Positions 1 through 12,155 are shown, numbered from the stretch's first letter. The stretch is DNA of 64,000 nt from Calditrichia bacterium (GCA_963796965.1 CAWCNS010000007.1:448001-512000); one strand, 5' to 3'. Numbers and translations: made by a program. The notes: generated by a model not told the origin, from the sequence alone.

Positions 1-14
1 TATGGAGTTTGCAA

Positions 15-2017
15 TGAAATTAGTCATAAGTTTAATGCTAATTATTTTAGTATTTATAGGATGTACTGAAAAAAGCACCTATGTATCCCTGCCGATGCAC
101 TATCCATCTGCAAATAATACTATCTTTAATAATTTTACGACACATTCTGAATATGTTTCTATGTCGGATGGAGTAAAAATAGCCATAGATGTGTTCACAC
201 CAAAAGAAGGGCCAGATCAACAACAATTCCCTGTTGTTTTAGCCTATACGCCATATCAACGATCTCAGATAGACCGGGAAACAGGAAAGATATCAGACCT
301 CTCCTCAAGTGGATTGTCAAAACTTCTTTTGTCCCAGGGTTATGTCCTTGTCAGTGCCGATGTTCGAGGTACCGGTGCTTCTACCGGATGGTTGCTCGAT
401 TTTATGCCTGAGATATGGTCAGATGGTAAAGAGGTAATAGACTGGATCGCAACCCAATCGTGGTGTGATGGGAATGTTGGCATGATGGGTGGCTCCTATC
501 TGGGATGGTCCCAGACAGCAACGGCCTCCATGCAACCAAAAGCTTTAAAGTGCATCATGCCTGCCGTTGTCCCCCTGGAGGGTTATACAGGAGAAGTCTA
601 TCCTGGCGGTATTTATCTGGATGGATTTATGAAAAGTTGGTCACAATACCAGTATCTAACCACCAGAAACTATTACACAAAAGACATCAAAGTGCTGACC
701 AAACCGGTTATAGACGAAGATGGTGATGGCAATTTACTTGATGAGATCCCTCTTGATCTTAATGGAAATGGTACTTTTTTAGATGATGGTTTTCCTCCAA
801 AATATAGTGACAAAAGCCAAAGAGATCATATATATTATAATCTCACAAAAGAGCATGATGACAAAAACTATGATTATACAGAATGGACCAGAGATGTTTA
901 TTTTTATGATGCGGAGAGTCCACTTGGTTCTGCCGTCTATGAATTGGGGCCAACAGCACATGTAAAAGGTATTATGGATTCTAAAATTCCGGTATATAAT
1001 GTTGGTGGCTGGTTTGATGGTTTTGCCCGTGGTTCTTTTGAATTATTTGAGACAATGAAAGGTGCCAATCCGTCGAAAATAATCATGGGACCGGGATACC
1101 ATGATTATGCAGGAGGTCCATTTTGGAAGTATTTTAACATTTCAGATGAGGAAGCACGAAAGATCTATCACATTGAACACCTGCGCTTTTTTGATCGTTA
1201 TTTAAAAGGTGAAAATAATAAAATTGAAAACGAGCCTCCAATTCTTATTTACATAATGAATGGTAAGGGTTGGCGGTTTGAAAATGAATGGCCTCTTGAG
1301 CGACAAACACTCAAAAGATACTATCCGGGTTACGGCTACCGTCTCCTGGCTAATGTTGAAGAAGTGGGAACACAAAATTTTAAAAGTAATTTTTCACATA
1401 GTTCGGTCTATGGGGCAAATAAAGGAAATCGTTGGTTGGGTATAGCTGCCCATGAACCAGATTCACTTCCCTACAGAACCGAACTTGATAAAATATCTTT
1501 GGTATTTGATTCAGAACCACAAGTAAGTGATATGGAAGTGACGGGTCACCCGATTGCTAACTTATTTATCACCTCTTCTGCTGATTATGGCGATTTCTTT
1601 ATATATCTAAGTGACGTGGATGAAAATGGAAACGCCTTACTTGTTACAGAGGGGCAACTTCGAGCCGGTTTTGCCGCCTTACATGATAACGATATCATGA
1701 TTAAGACCCACTCTGGAATTGATGTATTGCCTGACCTCCCCTGGCATGGCTTTGAAAAAGAACATTATGAAGATGAAATTCTCGCAAACGGAAAGATTGT
1801 TGAACTAAAGATTGATTTCCACCCAACTTCCTGGGTGTTTAGAAAAGGCCACAAAATTAGACTGTCTATTGCCTGTTCTGATCATCCCACGTACAGACTA
1901 CACCCAAAATTAGCACCAAAAAATGATCCGAATGATCCGCAGAATACAGTTCCGGAAATCACTGTTCATTTTGGTCCGAATCATTCGTCCTTTCTTGAAT
2001 TACCTGTCATTCCGTAG
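15..2017 (+). CDS. CocE/NonD family serine hydrolase (peptidase S15-like), lipoprotein
   Basis: GGSYLG nucleophile motif, DVRGTGAS, GWFDGF, C-terminal PepX_C-like region (VTGHP, LVTEGQLRA, GHKIRLSI). Lipobox FIGC. Start chosen at ATG 15 after GGAG. Confidence 0.9.
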
Positions 2018-2177
2018 ATTAATTAAGAATTATAATTATGAATTTTTGTTATTAAATGAAGGTCACCCATATAAGGACCCAAATATATGAAATTGATGGT
2101 ATTTATTATGACAGCGCTCTGTTTTACTTGTGATCTCGCAGGACAAGACCTTGCCCCGGTGGATGTGGTGGAGTGAT

Positions 2178-2975
2178 ATGATAAATAAACAAAAAATATC
2201 TCTGTATTTCGTCACTTTTCTCTTATTTTTAGTTTCTCATTCACAAGTCATAGAGGAGAATAACAAATCAGTTCTTATTATCGCCCACCGTGGTAGCACC
2301 GGTGAGGATATCCCCGAAAATACTACTGCAGCGTTCCGTAGGTCTATAAGAATTGGCGTCGATCTCATCGAAATTGATCTTAGGGGAAGTCTTGATGGAC
2401 GTATTATGATCATGCATGACGAGACCTTGGACCGAACAACCAATGGCTTTGGTAAACTAAATTCTTTTACTTATCTGGAATTAAAAAATCTTGATGCCGG
2501 GAACGAAGAATCCATTCCAACCTATGATGAGGTATTGGATCTAATTGGCGGTACACGCACAAAACTTCTTCTCGATATTAAATTAAGTGCAACATTACCT
2601 CTTGAGAATATTGTTGCCCTCACTGAAACCTATCATTCAACATTGGATGTTGTTGCCGGAGTCAGAAATCTCAATGATCTCAACACAATTAAACGTATTA
2701 ATCCAAATATTCGCACTCTTGGTTTTATTTCAAAGCCTGGTCTGGCTGAGGATTTTATAAAAGCAGGTGTCGATATCATACGACTGTGGCCAAAATGGAT
2801 AAAAAATAATCCAGACCTTATCGGGCAGATACATAATTTAGGGAAACCTGTTTGGAGTACCTGCACTTCTCCATCTGCCGATGAGCACCAATACCTTATT
2901 GATGCGGGAATTAATGGCATCATAACCGATTATCCACAACTCCTGAAAGAATTGTTAATAAAAAAACAAAATTAA
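2178..2975 (+). CDS. Glycerophosphodiester phosphodiesterase family protein
   Basis: IIAHRG, PENT, IEIDL, HDETLDRTT and GIITDYP motifs; signal peptide from ATG 2178. Confidence 0.9.
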   Translation: MINKQKISLYFVTFLLFLVSHSQVIEENNKSVLIIAHRGSTGEDIPENTTAAFRRSIRIGVDLIEIDLRGSLDGRIMIMHDETLDRTTNGFGKLNSFTYLELKNLDAGNEESIPTYDEVLDLIGGTRTKLLLDIKLSATLPLENIVALTETYHSTLDVVAGVRNLNDLNTIKRINPNIRTLGFISKPGLAEDFIKAGVDIIRLWPKWIKNNPDLIGQIHNLGKPVWSTCTSPSADEHQYLIDAGINGIITDYPQLLKELLIKKQN

Positions 2976-3132
2976 TGAATATTTCACCCAGCGTTCTTTT
3001 CTCACGCTAAGGCGCCAAGAGGCTAAGTAGGCGAAGTTTTTATATATAAAAGAAATCTTTGCGGCGTTGCGTCACTGCGCGAAAACATATTATCACTTAT
3101 TAATGAATTATTTTATAATATTGGAGAAAATC

Positions 3133-4737
3133 GTGAGTAAAACTTTAAATATCGCAATTATTTTCATCATAATTACCACGGTTTCATGGTTGCCGGCCCA
3201 CGATAATTCGATGATAAACAAGAATTATCCCACCCCGCCGCCTACAATTGATCCAGGACCCGATGCCGCCCTATTAAAAATAAATATTGTAGACAAAAGC
3301 ACTGGCAAGGGCTTGAGTGCTACGGCTTGTGTAAATAACGGTGACCAGGAACCCGATAATGATCCTTACAAAAAATACAGCCTAAGGAGGAGCGCCAACA
3401 GGCTTAAAGGCCCCATTCGCTTACGGGATATAAACTATTATTTTTATACAGATGGCTATTTTGAGGTCCGCGTGCCAGCAGGGGATGCAACCATTGAAAT
3501 ATCAAAAGGTTATGAATATACGCCTCAAACGATTAACCTAAGTTTAAATAAGAAAGAGGTGCGTCATATTAAAGTGATGCTGAAAAGGAACATCGACATG
3601 TCTTCATTGGGATGGTATTCAGGAGACACGCATATACACATGGATCGCACGGCTAATAATGATGACACCTTATTAACAATTACCTCAGCAAAAGATATTC
3701 AATACGCTTATCTTTTATCGATGAATACGGAAGGATATGATCAGGGGAAGAAATTTGAATCATGGTTGCAGGCAAAAGGATTAGGGGATGGATCTAATTA
3801 CGAGAACGGTCCCTACCACCTATCATCCGGCCAGGAATATAGAACCAATCGTCTCGGCCATATAACATTGATAATGAATAATGATTACGTTCCAGGGATC
3901 GGCCCTGTTGCTCATACCGATAGTGGTCCTTCTTTGGGAGTAATTGCCGATCAGGCTCATGATCACAGTGGATATGTGGCTTTAAATCACGGTGGTTACC
4001 CAGATCAGGAAGCAGATGGCGTACTATTAGAAGATAAGATGGATTTTTTAGAACTACTTCAATTTGGTGGCTATCGTAGTTTGGGATTGAATGGTTGGTA
4101 TGATTACCTCAATATAGGATTTCGTCTACCCATCGTTGGGGCCTGTGACTATCCCTATACGAGGGAATTGGGTAGCGAGATCACCTATGTTTGGAATCAG
4201 CATATACCTTCGTTGCGTAGCTTTGCTGAAGGCTTAAGGGATGGAAGAAGCTTCGCCACTTCCGGACCAATGCTTTTTCTCGAAGTTATGAAAAAGAAGC
4301 CTGGCGAGATTTTAACGTATGATGATAGATCAACCGTAAACCTTCCCATATCAATCAAGGTTGAAAGTCCTATCTATCCGGTTCGCTTTCTAGAATTGAT
4401 TGTAAATGGAAGGGTTGTCGAGCGTCTTTTCTCCGGCCATCCTAAACATAGCTGGAACTTCGAATCAGAGTTAATAATCAACGAGAGCTGCTGGATCGCA
4501 GCACGCACGTATGCAGAAGCCGGAACCGAAGCCCATACAAATCCTGTTTATATCTATCTTAACAATAAACTACCTCACAATCGTAATAGTCTTCGCCAGA
4601 TCATTGCGAGGTTGGAAAGCTCAGTTGAAGCTGTACCCAATCCTGTGATTGTTGCCCGATTGGAAGATCTAAAAATTGAAATTTTGAAAATACTCAATGG
4701 CGAAAAGAGCAACCTTCCCTTCCCATTCATCCCATAA
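3133..4737 (+). CDS. CehA/McbA family metallohydrolase (PHP-like), secreted
   Basis: GWYSGDTHIH, GQEYR, NHG, GACD, FATSGPML and AHTNPVY motifs; GTG start after GGAG. Confidence 0.75.
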   Translation: MSKTLNIAIIFIIITTVSWLPAHDNSMINKNYPTPPPTIDPGPDAALLKINIVDKSTGKGLSATACVNNGDQEPDNDPYKKYSLRRSANRLKGPIRLRDINYYFYTDGYFEVRVPAGDATIEISKGYEYTPQTINLSLNKKEVRHIKVMLKRNIDMSSLGWYSGDTHIHMDRTANNDDTLLTITSAKDIQYAYLLSMNTEGYDQGKKFESWLQAKGLGDGSNYENGPYHLSSGQEYRTNRLGHITLIMNNDYVPGIGPVAHTDSGPSLGVIADQAHDHSGYVALNHGGYPDQEADGVLLEDKMDFLELLQFGGYRSLGLNGWYDYLNIGFRLPIVGACDYPYTRELGSEITYVWNQHIPSLRSFAEGLRDGRSFATSGPMLFLEVMKKKPGEILTYDDRSTVNLPISIKVESPIYPVRFLELIVNGRVVERLFSGHPKHSWNFESELIINESCWIAARTYAEAGTEAHTNPVYIYLNNKLPHNRNSLRQIIARLESSVEAVPNPVIVARLEDLKIEILKILNGEKSNLPFPFIP

Positions 4738-4919
4738 CTTGAGAAAAAGAACACAGCATACTAAATTGACCGCAAATAACTCAACAATTACGGTATTTTT
4801 TATTTTGCCACCAACTGACACAGAGGATTATATATAAACTTTTTTTGAAGCTGAACTTTAAATATAGTATGTGAAAGTCAGTATTTATCTATAATTAGCA
4901 TAATCCCTAACATCACATA

Positions 4920-6000
4920 ATGCGAAAAAAATTAAAAATAAGTTTGGCTACTTTAATAGCAATCGCAATGTTGTTTATCTGCTATGTCTATTTTGCCACC
5001 TATCATCCTGATGATGTTCTAAAAGAACCCTGTTTTAATACGGACAATGCCCCTTTTCTCACACAGGGAAAATCGATAAAAGTTCTCTGTTGGAACATCC
5101 AATTCCTTGCAGGGAATAAAAATAATTATTTTTTTTTTGAAGGTGGCTGTGATCCCTGGCCCTCCCGTGAGACTATTAACTATACATTATCAGAAGTTGT
5201 CCGTATCATTAAAGATGAGAATCCTGATTTGATATTACTCCAGGAAGTTGATGACGGCTCGGCCCGGACCTACCATAAGGATCAATTATCCGAGATTCTT
5301 AAGTTATTGTCAGATAGCCTCAAAAATCATACATCTTCTTTTTATTGGAAAGCCTGGTATATACTCCATCCCGCAATTATGGGTTCTGCCGGAATGAAAC
5401 TTTCAATAATTTCCAAATATAAAATGGATAATGCTATCCGATATGCGTTATCTCCCATAACAACAGACAATATCATTTTGCGACAGTTTAATCCAAAACG
5501 GGCAATGCTCGAAGCCACCCTCCCCGTTCGTGGTGGACAACCGTTAAAGGTTATCAATACACATCTGAGTGCTTTCGCTCAGGGCTCTAATACAATGGAG
5601 AAACAAATTTCCCAGGTAGATCGCATTCTAGGCAAAGATTGAAGAGGATAATGATCTTGGATTCATTGCCGGCGATTTTAATTTAATCCCACCAGGCCCT
5701 GCCTATGATCGTTTATCAGATTTTAATAAAAGTTATTACAATCCCCGGGGAACTGAGATTGCTCCCCTTTTCAACAAATATTTTACGGTTCCCACTCTTT
5801 CTGATTTAAATGGTACGGCCTATAGTGAGTGGTACACAAATATGGCAACAAATGCTGATCCAAAGGTGCCAGACAAGACGATAGATTATTTTATTTTTGC
5901 TGACGGATTAAAGCCGGATACGAACTATGTAAGATACAAGGATACAGCCCATATCTCAGATCATTTACCATTAATCATTACCATAACCATACCGGAATAA
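4920..6000 (+). CDS. Endonuclease/exonuclease/phosphatase family protein (frameshift near 5631)
   Basis: WNIQF, LQEVD and NTHLSAF in the first frame. The shifted frame continues with IAGDFN, TIDY and SDHLP to TAA at 5998-6000. Confidence 0.85.
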
Positions 6001-6182
6001 ACCAATTATATATCGTAGAGACCGAGCTTTGTCAGGAATGTGTGATTTAGAGACTATAGGCATAGTGCAGAGCGCATTGCGCTTGGTGGCATAATATTAT
6101 TTTACCATGCTCTATGCGCTATGCGAACTCTACATAGAGATAAAACATCTTTTGCTATAAATATCAAAAAGAATTAAATCGA

Positions 6183-6998
6183 GTGAGGATACAATTGTCG
6201 TACGTTCATGGATATTCACCAAGGGAAACGGAAAGATTGCAGGATCAATCTAAAATCTTAGAAGATTTGCTGCATTCGGGTACAATTTATGAAAAAGGAG
6301 AAAAAATTCTCGAAGCAGGATGCGGCGTTGGGGCACAAACCCGTATTCTTGCACGAAATAGCCCTGGTTCAGAAATTACGTCAATCGATATTTCTCTGGA
6401 ATCTTTAGAAAAAGCTAAAAAAGCCATTGATAAAGAACAGATAAAAAATGTGTGTTTTGAGCAGCAAGACTTGCGAAAATTGACATTTGTGGATGGTTAT
6501 TTTGATCATATTTTTGTCTGTTTTGTTCTGGAGCATCTTGATAATCCACCCCTTGCACTACTTGAACTGAAACGTGTATTAAAACCAGGGGGGAGCATCA
6601 CCTTAATTGAAGGAGATCATGGATCCTGTTTTTGGCATCCGGAGACAACTCCGGCAATCAACGCCTGGCGTTCATTAATCCGTGTCCAGGCAGATATAGG
6701 TCATGACGGATTGATTGGCCGATGCCTTTATCCCCTCCTCAATGAGGCTGATTTTAAAGTAGAAGATGTTTCACCCAGGTGGATTTATGCAGATTATTCT
6801 GATCCGGTCCTTTTAGATGGAGTTGTTAATAAAATCATTGTACCAATGGTAAACTCCTCAAAACAGCAAATCTTAGACAATAAAATCCTAAGTAGAGAGA
6901 TGTGGAAGGCGGGTATTCAAGACTTAACAAATGTAGGCAAGGCTGAAGATGGTACATTCTTTTATACCTGGTTTAAGGCCATTGCCAAGAAGAAGTAG
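6183..6998 (+). CDS. Class I SAM-dependent methyltransferase
   Basis: LEAGCGVG motif I, FDHIF, RVLKPGG. Confidence 0.9.
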   Translation: MRIQLSYVHGYSPRETERLQDQSKILEDLLHSGTIYEKGEKILEAGCGVGAQTRILARNSPGSEITSIDISLESLEKAKKAIDKEQIKNVCFEQQDLRKLTFVDGYFDHIFVCFVLEHLDNPPLALLELKRVLKPGGSITLIEGDHGSCFWHPETTPAINAWRSLIRVQADIGHDGLIGRCLYPLLNEADFKVEDVSPRWIYADYSDPVLLDGVVNKIIVPMVNSSKQQILDNKILSREMWKAGIQDLTNVGKAEDGTFFYTWFKAIAKKK

Positions 6999-7138
6999 AA
7001 ACGTATAGCGTTGAGAGAAAAGCGCTGAAAGTAGAGAGTAGAGAGTTGAAAGTAAAAAGTCTAATTTATTAGTGCATTACCCTATGCACTCTGCACTTTG
7101 CTTTTTCAATTTATAGAAATTAATCTTAAGGAAAGAAC

Positions 7139-7411
7139 ATGTGCAGAAATATAAGACCTTTATTTAACTATGATCCCGCAGTCAGCCACGAAGACATCCA
7201 TGCAGCATCTTTGCAATTTGTCAGAAAGATTACGGGTTATCAATCTCCTTCTCAGGTAAATGAAACATCTTTTTATAAAGCCGTCGAAGAAATCACCCAA
7301 ATATCAGAAAATCTGCTTTCCTTACTGGTAACCACTGCTCCTCCCCGTAACCGGGAAGATGAGTTAGCGAAAGCGCGAGAGAAGGCACGAAAGAGGCTTG
7401 GAGAGACGTGA
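7139..7411 (+). CDS. DUF2277 family protein
   Basis: MCRNIRPLFNYDP...AASLQFVRKITG N-terminus typical of the family; AAGGA RBS. Confidence 0.85.
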   Translation: MCRNIRPLFNYDPAVSHEDIHAASLQFVRKITGYQSPSQVNETSFYKAVEEITQISENLLSLLVTTAPPRNREDELAKAREKARKRLGET

Positions 7412-7583
7412 TATGGGATTAGAGATGGGCGATGTGGGAGATGAGATTTGAGATTAGGAACGTGATTTGAAGGGGAAGAGAAATATGATGCGTGATTCGG
7501 GATACAGGATACGGGATTTACTATTTTTTTTATCCAATTCATATTTCCACATCTTCTATCGGGAATCACATATCACATATCTG

Positions 7584-9041
7584 CTATTTAATTCCCCCCG
7601 TTAATTTCCCCAGGACAGGGGTCAAAATAAAAAACAATATTCCAGCGCCAATAGCTATAAAAGCAACAGTACCAAAAAGCTCAACCAGAGGTAATTTTTC
7701 AAATTGGCCGGCGACCAATCCGGCTATTAAGTTCCCCAGAGCAGACCCCATAAACCAGGTACCCATCATCTGACCAACCAAAGGTTTTGGGGACAGTTTT
7801 GTCACACTGCTTAGTCCAACCGGACTGAGGCAAAGTTCACCAAATGTATGAAACAAGTATGTCGTAATAAGCCAGTGAGGGCCTACGCCCGGTCCATCTG
7901 GATTTGCATAGTTCGATGCCCACATCAGGACCAAAAAACCGGCACCCAACAGTACTAATCCTATACCAAATTTCGCTGGAATAGAAGGGTTCTTTTCTCC
8001 CAATTTTACCCATAAGATCCCGAAAATAGGTGCAAAGATAATAATAAATAAAGCCCCAAAACTCTGAAACCAACTGGCAGGAAGTTCAAATCCAAAAAAT
8101 ATTCGGTCAGTGAGGCGGTCTGCAAAAAGATTCATCGAAGAACCAGCTTGCTCAAAACCTGACCAAAACAAGGCAGCGCCAACAAAAAGAAAAAATATTA
8201 CAATAACTCTTTTCTTCTCTACTAATTGTAGATTTCCAAATAGTAATACGTATAAAAAATACAAAATGGCTACAAGCAATATGATTACCCCTGTAGCAGC
8301 TGCGATACCTTCAAGAGTGAAATAAAAGATTTCAAATTGATGGAAAAGGGTCATAAATACTGTTAGAAGAACAACAACAACGATACCTTGTGTAAATCCC
8401 TTTTTAGACCTTGAGCGGAGATCGGGAGAATTATTTTTAATAAGACCAACATCTCCAAAATGATAAGAATTTAATTTATATTGAATCAAACCAAAGATCA
8501 TAAATATTCCAGCAGAGAGAAAGCCCAAATGCCAGTTTATCCCTTCTCCAAAAAATCCACAGACCAGTGGCCCCAGAAGTGCGCCGACATTGATACCCAT
8601 ATAAAATATTGAGAATCCTGCATCACGTCTGGCACCCCCTTCAGGGTACAGATCGCCAACAATGGCACTTACATTAGGCTTTAGTAAGCCGGTTCCGGCT
8701 ACAATCAAAATTAAGCCTGAAGGGAACAAGATCTCTCGTAATAGTGGTATTGCTAAACAGAGGTTACCGGCTGCGATTAAAATGCCTCCGTAGAACACTG
8801 CCTGACGTTGCCCTATAATTCTATCAGCGATCCATCCTCCCGGTAGAGCAAGCAGGTAAACAAGTGCTGTATACAATCCATAGATGGCGGCAGCGGTCGT
8901 ATCATCAAGACCAAAGCCGCCCTCATCCAGGCTTGCAACCATATACAGGATTAAAATCCCACGCATACCATAATAACTAAATCTTTCCCACATCTCCGTA
9001 AAAAACAAAACCAATAATCCTTTGGGATGATCTTTAAACAT
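7584..9041 (-). CDS. POT/PTR family proton-dependent oligopeptide transporter (MFS)
   Basis: EMWERFSYYGMR (ExxERFxYY), FSIFYMGINVGA, GELCLSPVGLS; GGAGG RBS. Confidence 0.95.
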   Translation of the reverse strand: MFKDHPKGLLVLFFTEMWERFSYYGMRGILILYMVASLDEGGFGLDDTTAAAIYGLYTALVYLLALPGGWIADRIIGQRQAVFYGGILIAAGNLCLAIPLLREILFPSGLILIVAGTGLLKPNVSAIVGDLYPEGGARRDAGFSIFYMGINVGALLGPLVCGFFGEGINWHLGFLSAGIFMIFGLIQYKLNSYHFGDVGLIKNNSPDLRSRSKKGFTQGIVVVVLLTVFMTLFHQFEIFYFTLEGIAAATGVIILLVAILYFLYVLLFGNLQLVEKKRVIVIFFLFVGAALFWSGFEQAGSSMNLFADRLTDRIFFGFELPASWFQSFGALFIIIFAPIFGILWVKLGEKNPSIPAKFGIGLVLLGAGFLVLMWASNYANPDGPGVGPHWLITTYLFHTFGELCLSPVGLSSVTKLSPKPLVGQMMGTWFMGSALGNLIAGLVAGQFEKLPLVELFGTVAFIAIGAGILFFILTPVLGKLTGGIK

Positions 9042-9435
9042 TTATCCTCCATTCAAGCATCTTTTTAATGTAAGAGATGTATAAAACAAACTTTTTACAA
9101 AGATTAACTATTTTCTAAAATAAATGCATCAAAAACACCTAAATTCAGCAGAAAGCTTGCCGGAAAATTAAGTAATTTATGATTTACACCGAGATTGTAT
9201 TTCAACATGTTCAGATGCATTCTATCTGAACGAACTACCTAGTCTGATTGATAAAATTGCCTATATACAAACGAATTTTCTACCAAAAAGAAAATTTGAA
9301 AACTAAATGAAGACATGTCCTTCACAATTACTCGGCCACTTTAATTACTTTCTGCTAAATAATAATTTGATATATTTTTTATTTATCTTTGCTAATGTTT
9401 AATTTTAGTTATAGAATATACTGGGAAGTTAAAAG

Positions 9436-10110
9436 ATGACCAAAATTGTACTTACTGGCGTTACCAGGGGTCTGGGGCGTGCATTAGTAAACAGATTTGT
9501 AGAACAAAATCATATAATTTATGGTTGTGGCAGATCAGAGACACAAATCAATGATCTTAATGGTAGATTTCCCTCTCCTCACGCATTTAAGAGTCTCGAT
9601 ATATCATATTGGGAACAAGTTCTTAACTGGGCTAACGGCTTAATTAACAAGGGAATTGTTCCAGACCTCTTGATAAATAATGCCGCATTGATGAATAAGT
9701 CTGCACCCTTATGGAAAATATCAGATGAAGAATTTAGAAAATTGATGGATGTAAATGTCGCTGGTACAGTAAACACCATAAGAGCCTTTTTACCAGCAAT
9801 GATAGAGAACGGGACAGGTATTATTGTAAACATGAGTTCCGGATGGGGCCGCTCAACCGCACCCAATGTAACACCCTACTGCACCAGCAAATGGGCAATT
9901 GAAGGTTTGACGCAGGCTTTATCACAGGAACTTCCGGGAGGGTTGGCGGCAATTGCCGTAAATCCGGGTGTTATCGATACAGATATGCTACGTACCTGCT
10001 GGTCTGATAGTGTCGGAGGCTTCCAATCACCTGATGAATGGTCACATAAAGCCGTAAAGTTTTTATTGGGATTATCGCCGTCTGATAATGGAAAATCAAT
10101 GTCGATATAG
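9436..10110 (+). CDS. SDR family oxidoreductase
   Basis: TGVTRGLG, NNAA, YCTSK (YxxxK), NPGVIDTDM. Confidence 0.92.
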   Translation: MTKIVLTGVTRGLGRALVNRFVEQNHIIYGCGRSETQINDLNGRFPSPHAFKSLDISYWEQVLNWANGLINKGIVPDLLINNAALMNKSAPLWKISDEEFRKLMDVNVAGTVNTIRAFLPAMIENGTGIIVNMSSGWGRSTAPNVTPYCTSKWAIEGLTQALSQELPGGLAAIAVNPGVIDTDMLRTCWSDSVGGFQSPDEWSHKAVKFLLGLSPSDNGKSMSI

Positions 10111-10147
10111 TTGGATAACAACTTCTACTTCTAATTCAAAAGATAAC

Positions 10148-10365
10148 AGACCCTGAAATAAACCTGTCCTGACGACAGGTCAGGATTCAGGGTGAAAAGA
10201 ATATGAATTCATATTAAATGTCATGCCGAACTTGTTTCGGTATCTTATATAGCTGGAAACATAAGAATATTTGTTTACTAATATTTAGGTTATGCTGAAC
10301 TCGATTCAGCTTCCCGGCCTCATAAAATCAGAAGTTTTAGATCCTGAAATATATTCAGGGCTGGC
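10148..10365. repeat. Cluster of four GTCA/AGAT-type REP-like palindromes (family A)
   Basis: Copies at 10148-10195 (with nested insert), 10220-10245 GTCATGCCGAACTTGTTTCGGTATCT, 10289-10313 and 10339-10365. Confidence 0.8.
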
Positions 10366-10414
10366 AAGCTCAAGATTACAATATTTGTTAATGCAATATC
10401 TATAGGAATGAACT

Positions 10415-11885
10415 ATGTTTTATATATCTAATAATTTATACAAATCACTAATCCTTTTATCCCTTCTTTTTTGGATATTTTTCTCATTTCAAGCCTGCTC
10501 AGATTCCAGTCCCAAACCCAATATCATCTTCATCATGTCAGATGACCTTGGTTACGGTCACTTGGGTTGCTATGGTCAGGAAATCATAAAGACACCCAAT
10601 ATCGACCAATTCAGCTGCAGAGGGTATGCGATTTAACCAGGCTTATTCAGGCTGCTCCGTATGTGCCCCATCAAGAAATACCCTGATGACCGGGCAACAT
10701 TCCGGGCATATTTCAGTCCGGGGCAACGGTGGCGGGGTTTCCCTGCTCGAAAATGATATAACTATTGCTCAAATCTTAAAAAAAGCCGGCTATAAAACAG
10801 GATTATTCGGAAAATGGGGGTTGGGTGAAGAAGGAACCGTTGGAATCCCCAATAACAAAGGATATGATCAGTTTTTTGGTTATCTTCATCAGCTTCATGC
10901 CCAATTTTACTATCCAGAATTCCTTTGGAAAAATCAGGAAAAAATATATTTTCCCGAAAACAATAATATGAAAAGGGGGACTTACTCTCCTGATTTAATT
11001 CTGAGAAAATCATTCGAATTTATCAAAGAAAATAAAAATGCACCTTTTTTCCTATATCTGCCAGTGGCTATCCCCCATCATGAATTTATTGCGCCTGACG
11101 AGACCCTGGTCCTGTACAGCGGAAGATTTGAGGAGTTCCCGATTCCTCATTGGCGTGACGGCTATGCCTTGCCCAGAGAACCACGGGCCACATTTGCTGC
11201 TATGGTAACCCACATGGACAAAGGCATTGGCGAATTAATGGCATTACTGAATGATCTGCAACTAGATAAAAACACAATCGTCTTTTTTGTATCTGATAAT
11301 GGGGCTGCACATGGCCCGTTAGAAAATGCGGAGTTCTTCAAAGCAAATGGACTTCTTCGTGACTATAAAGGCAGTTTATATGAAGGGGGTATTCGCGTAC
11401 CGATGATTGTTCGCTGGCCTGGAAAGATTCAGCGAAATTCAACCACCGACCTCATTACCTATTTTCCAGATATTATGCCCACTTTGGCAGATTTGGCCGA
11501 AGCCTCTTCTTATGTCCCAGAGAATATCGATGGCCTTTCTATTTTGCCAACTTTGTTAAATCAAGGGAAACAAGTTAAACATGAATTACTTTACTGGGAA
11601 GACACAGAATACCACAGAACACAACCTTTTGGGCCGATCAAGGAGACATCCATAACAGCAGTACGAATGGGAAAATGGAAAGGGGTGAGAAACTCACCAA
11701 ATTCGCCTATAGAATTATATAATCTTGACACAGATATTGGAGAAAAAGATGATTTGGCAGGTAAATTTCCGGAAATTGTAGATAAAATCTCAAAGATAAT
11801 GGCCATGGAACACAAAGATGCCCCACCGCAGGTGGATATGCCCCATGATGAGGCGGCGAAATTATATATTCCTGGCCGGAATTGA
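10415..11885 (+). CDS. Arylsulfatase / family S1 sulfatase, lipoprotein (frameshift near 10611)
   Basis: Frame 1: signal with QAC, KPNIIFIMSDDLGYG, TPNID. Frame 2: CAPSR (CxPxR formylglycine site), GKWGLG, SDNG, LYEGGIRVP. Removing one base joins them as QLAAEGMRF. Confidence 0.9.
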
Positions 11886-12155
11886 TTTTATCCACGGATT
11901 TCACAAATTAAATACATTAATTTACACTCTATTTGATCCAATACCTGGATGAAGAAATTCATTTAAATAAAGTATATTTACTATTTTCCTTCATGCAAAC
12001 AACTGTTAATGAATTCGTGATAATTCGTGGAATTCGTTGAGAATCTTTTTATTATCTTTATAGCATTTTCATATTGTATAAATACTGATATTACAATTTA
12101 GATGCATCACTTTATTACTAATTAAAGTGATGCTTTAAATCGACTTGGAGAACTA

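Noticed and set aside
7273..7773. ORFs 7273-7569 (-) and 7492-7773 (+)
   Set aside because: They derive from heptamer repeats and the antisense of DUF2277 or the POT transporter.
10148..10365. Repeat cluster as a CRISPR array
   Set aside because: Copies are diverged, in mixed orientations and irregularly spaced; no cas genes are present.
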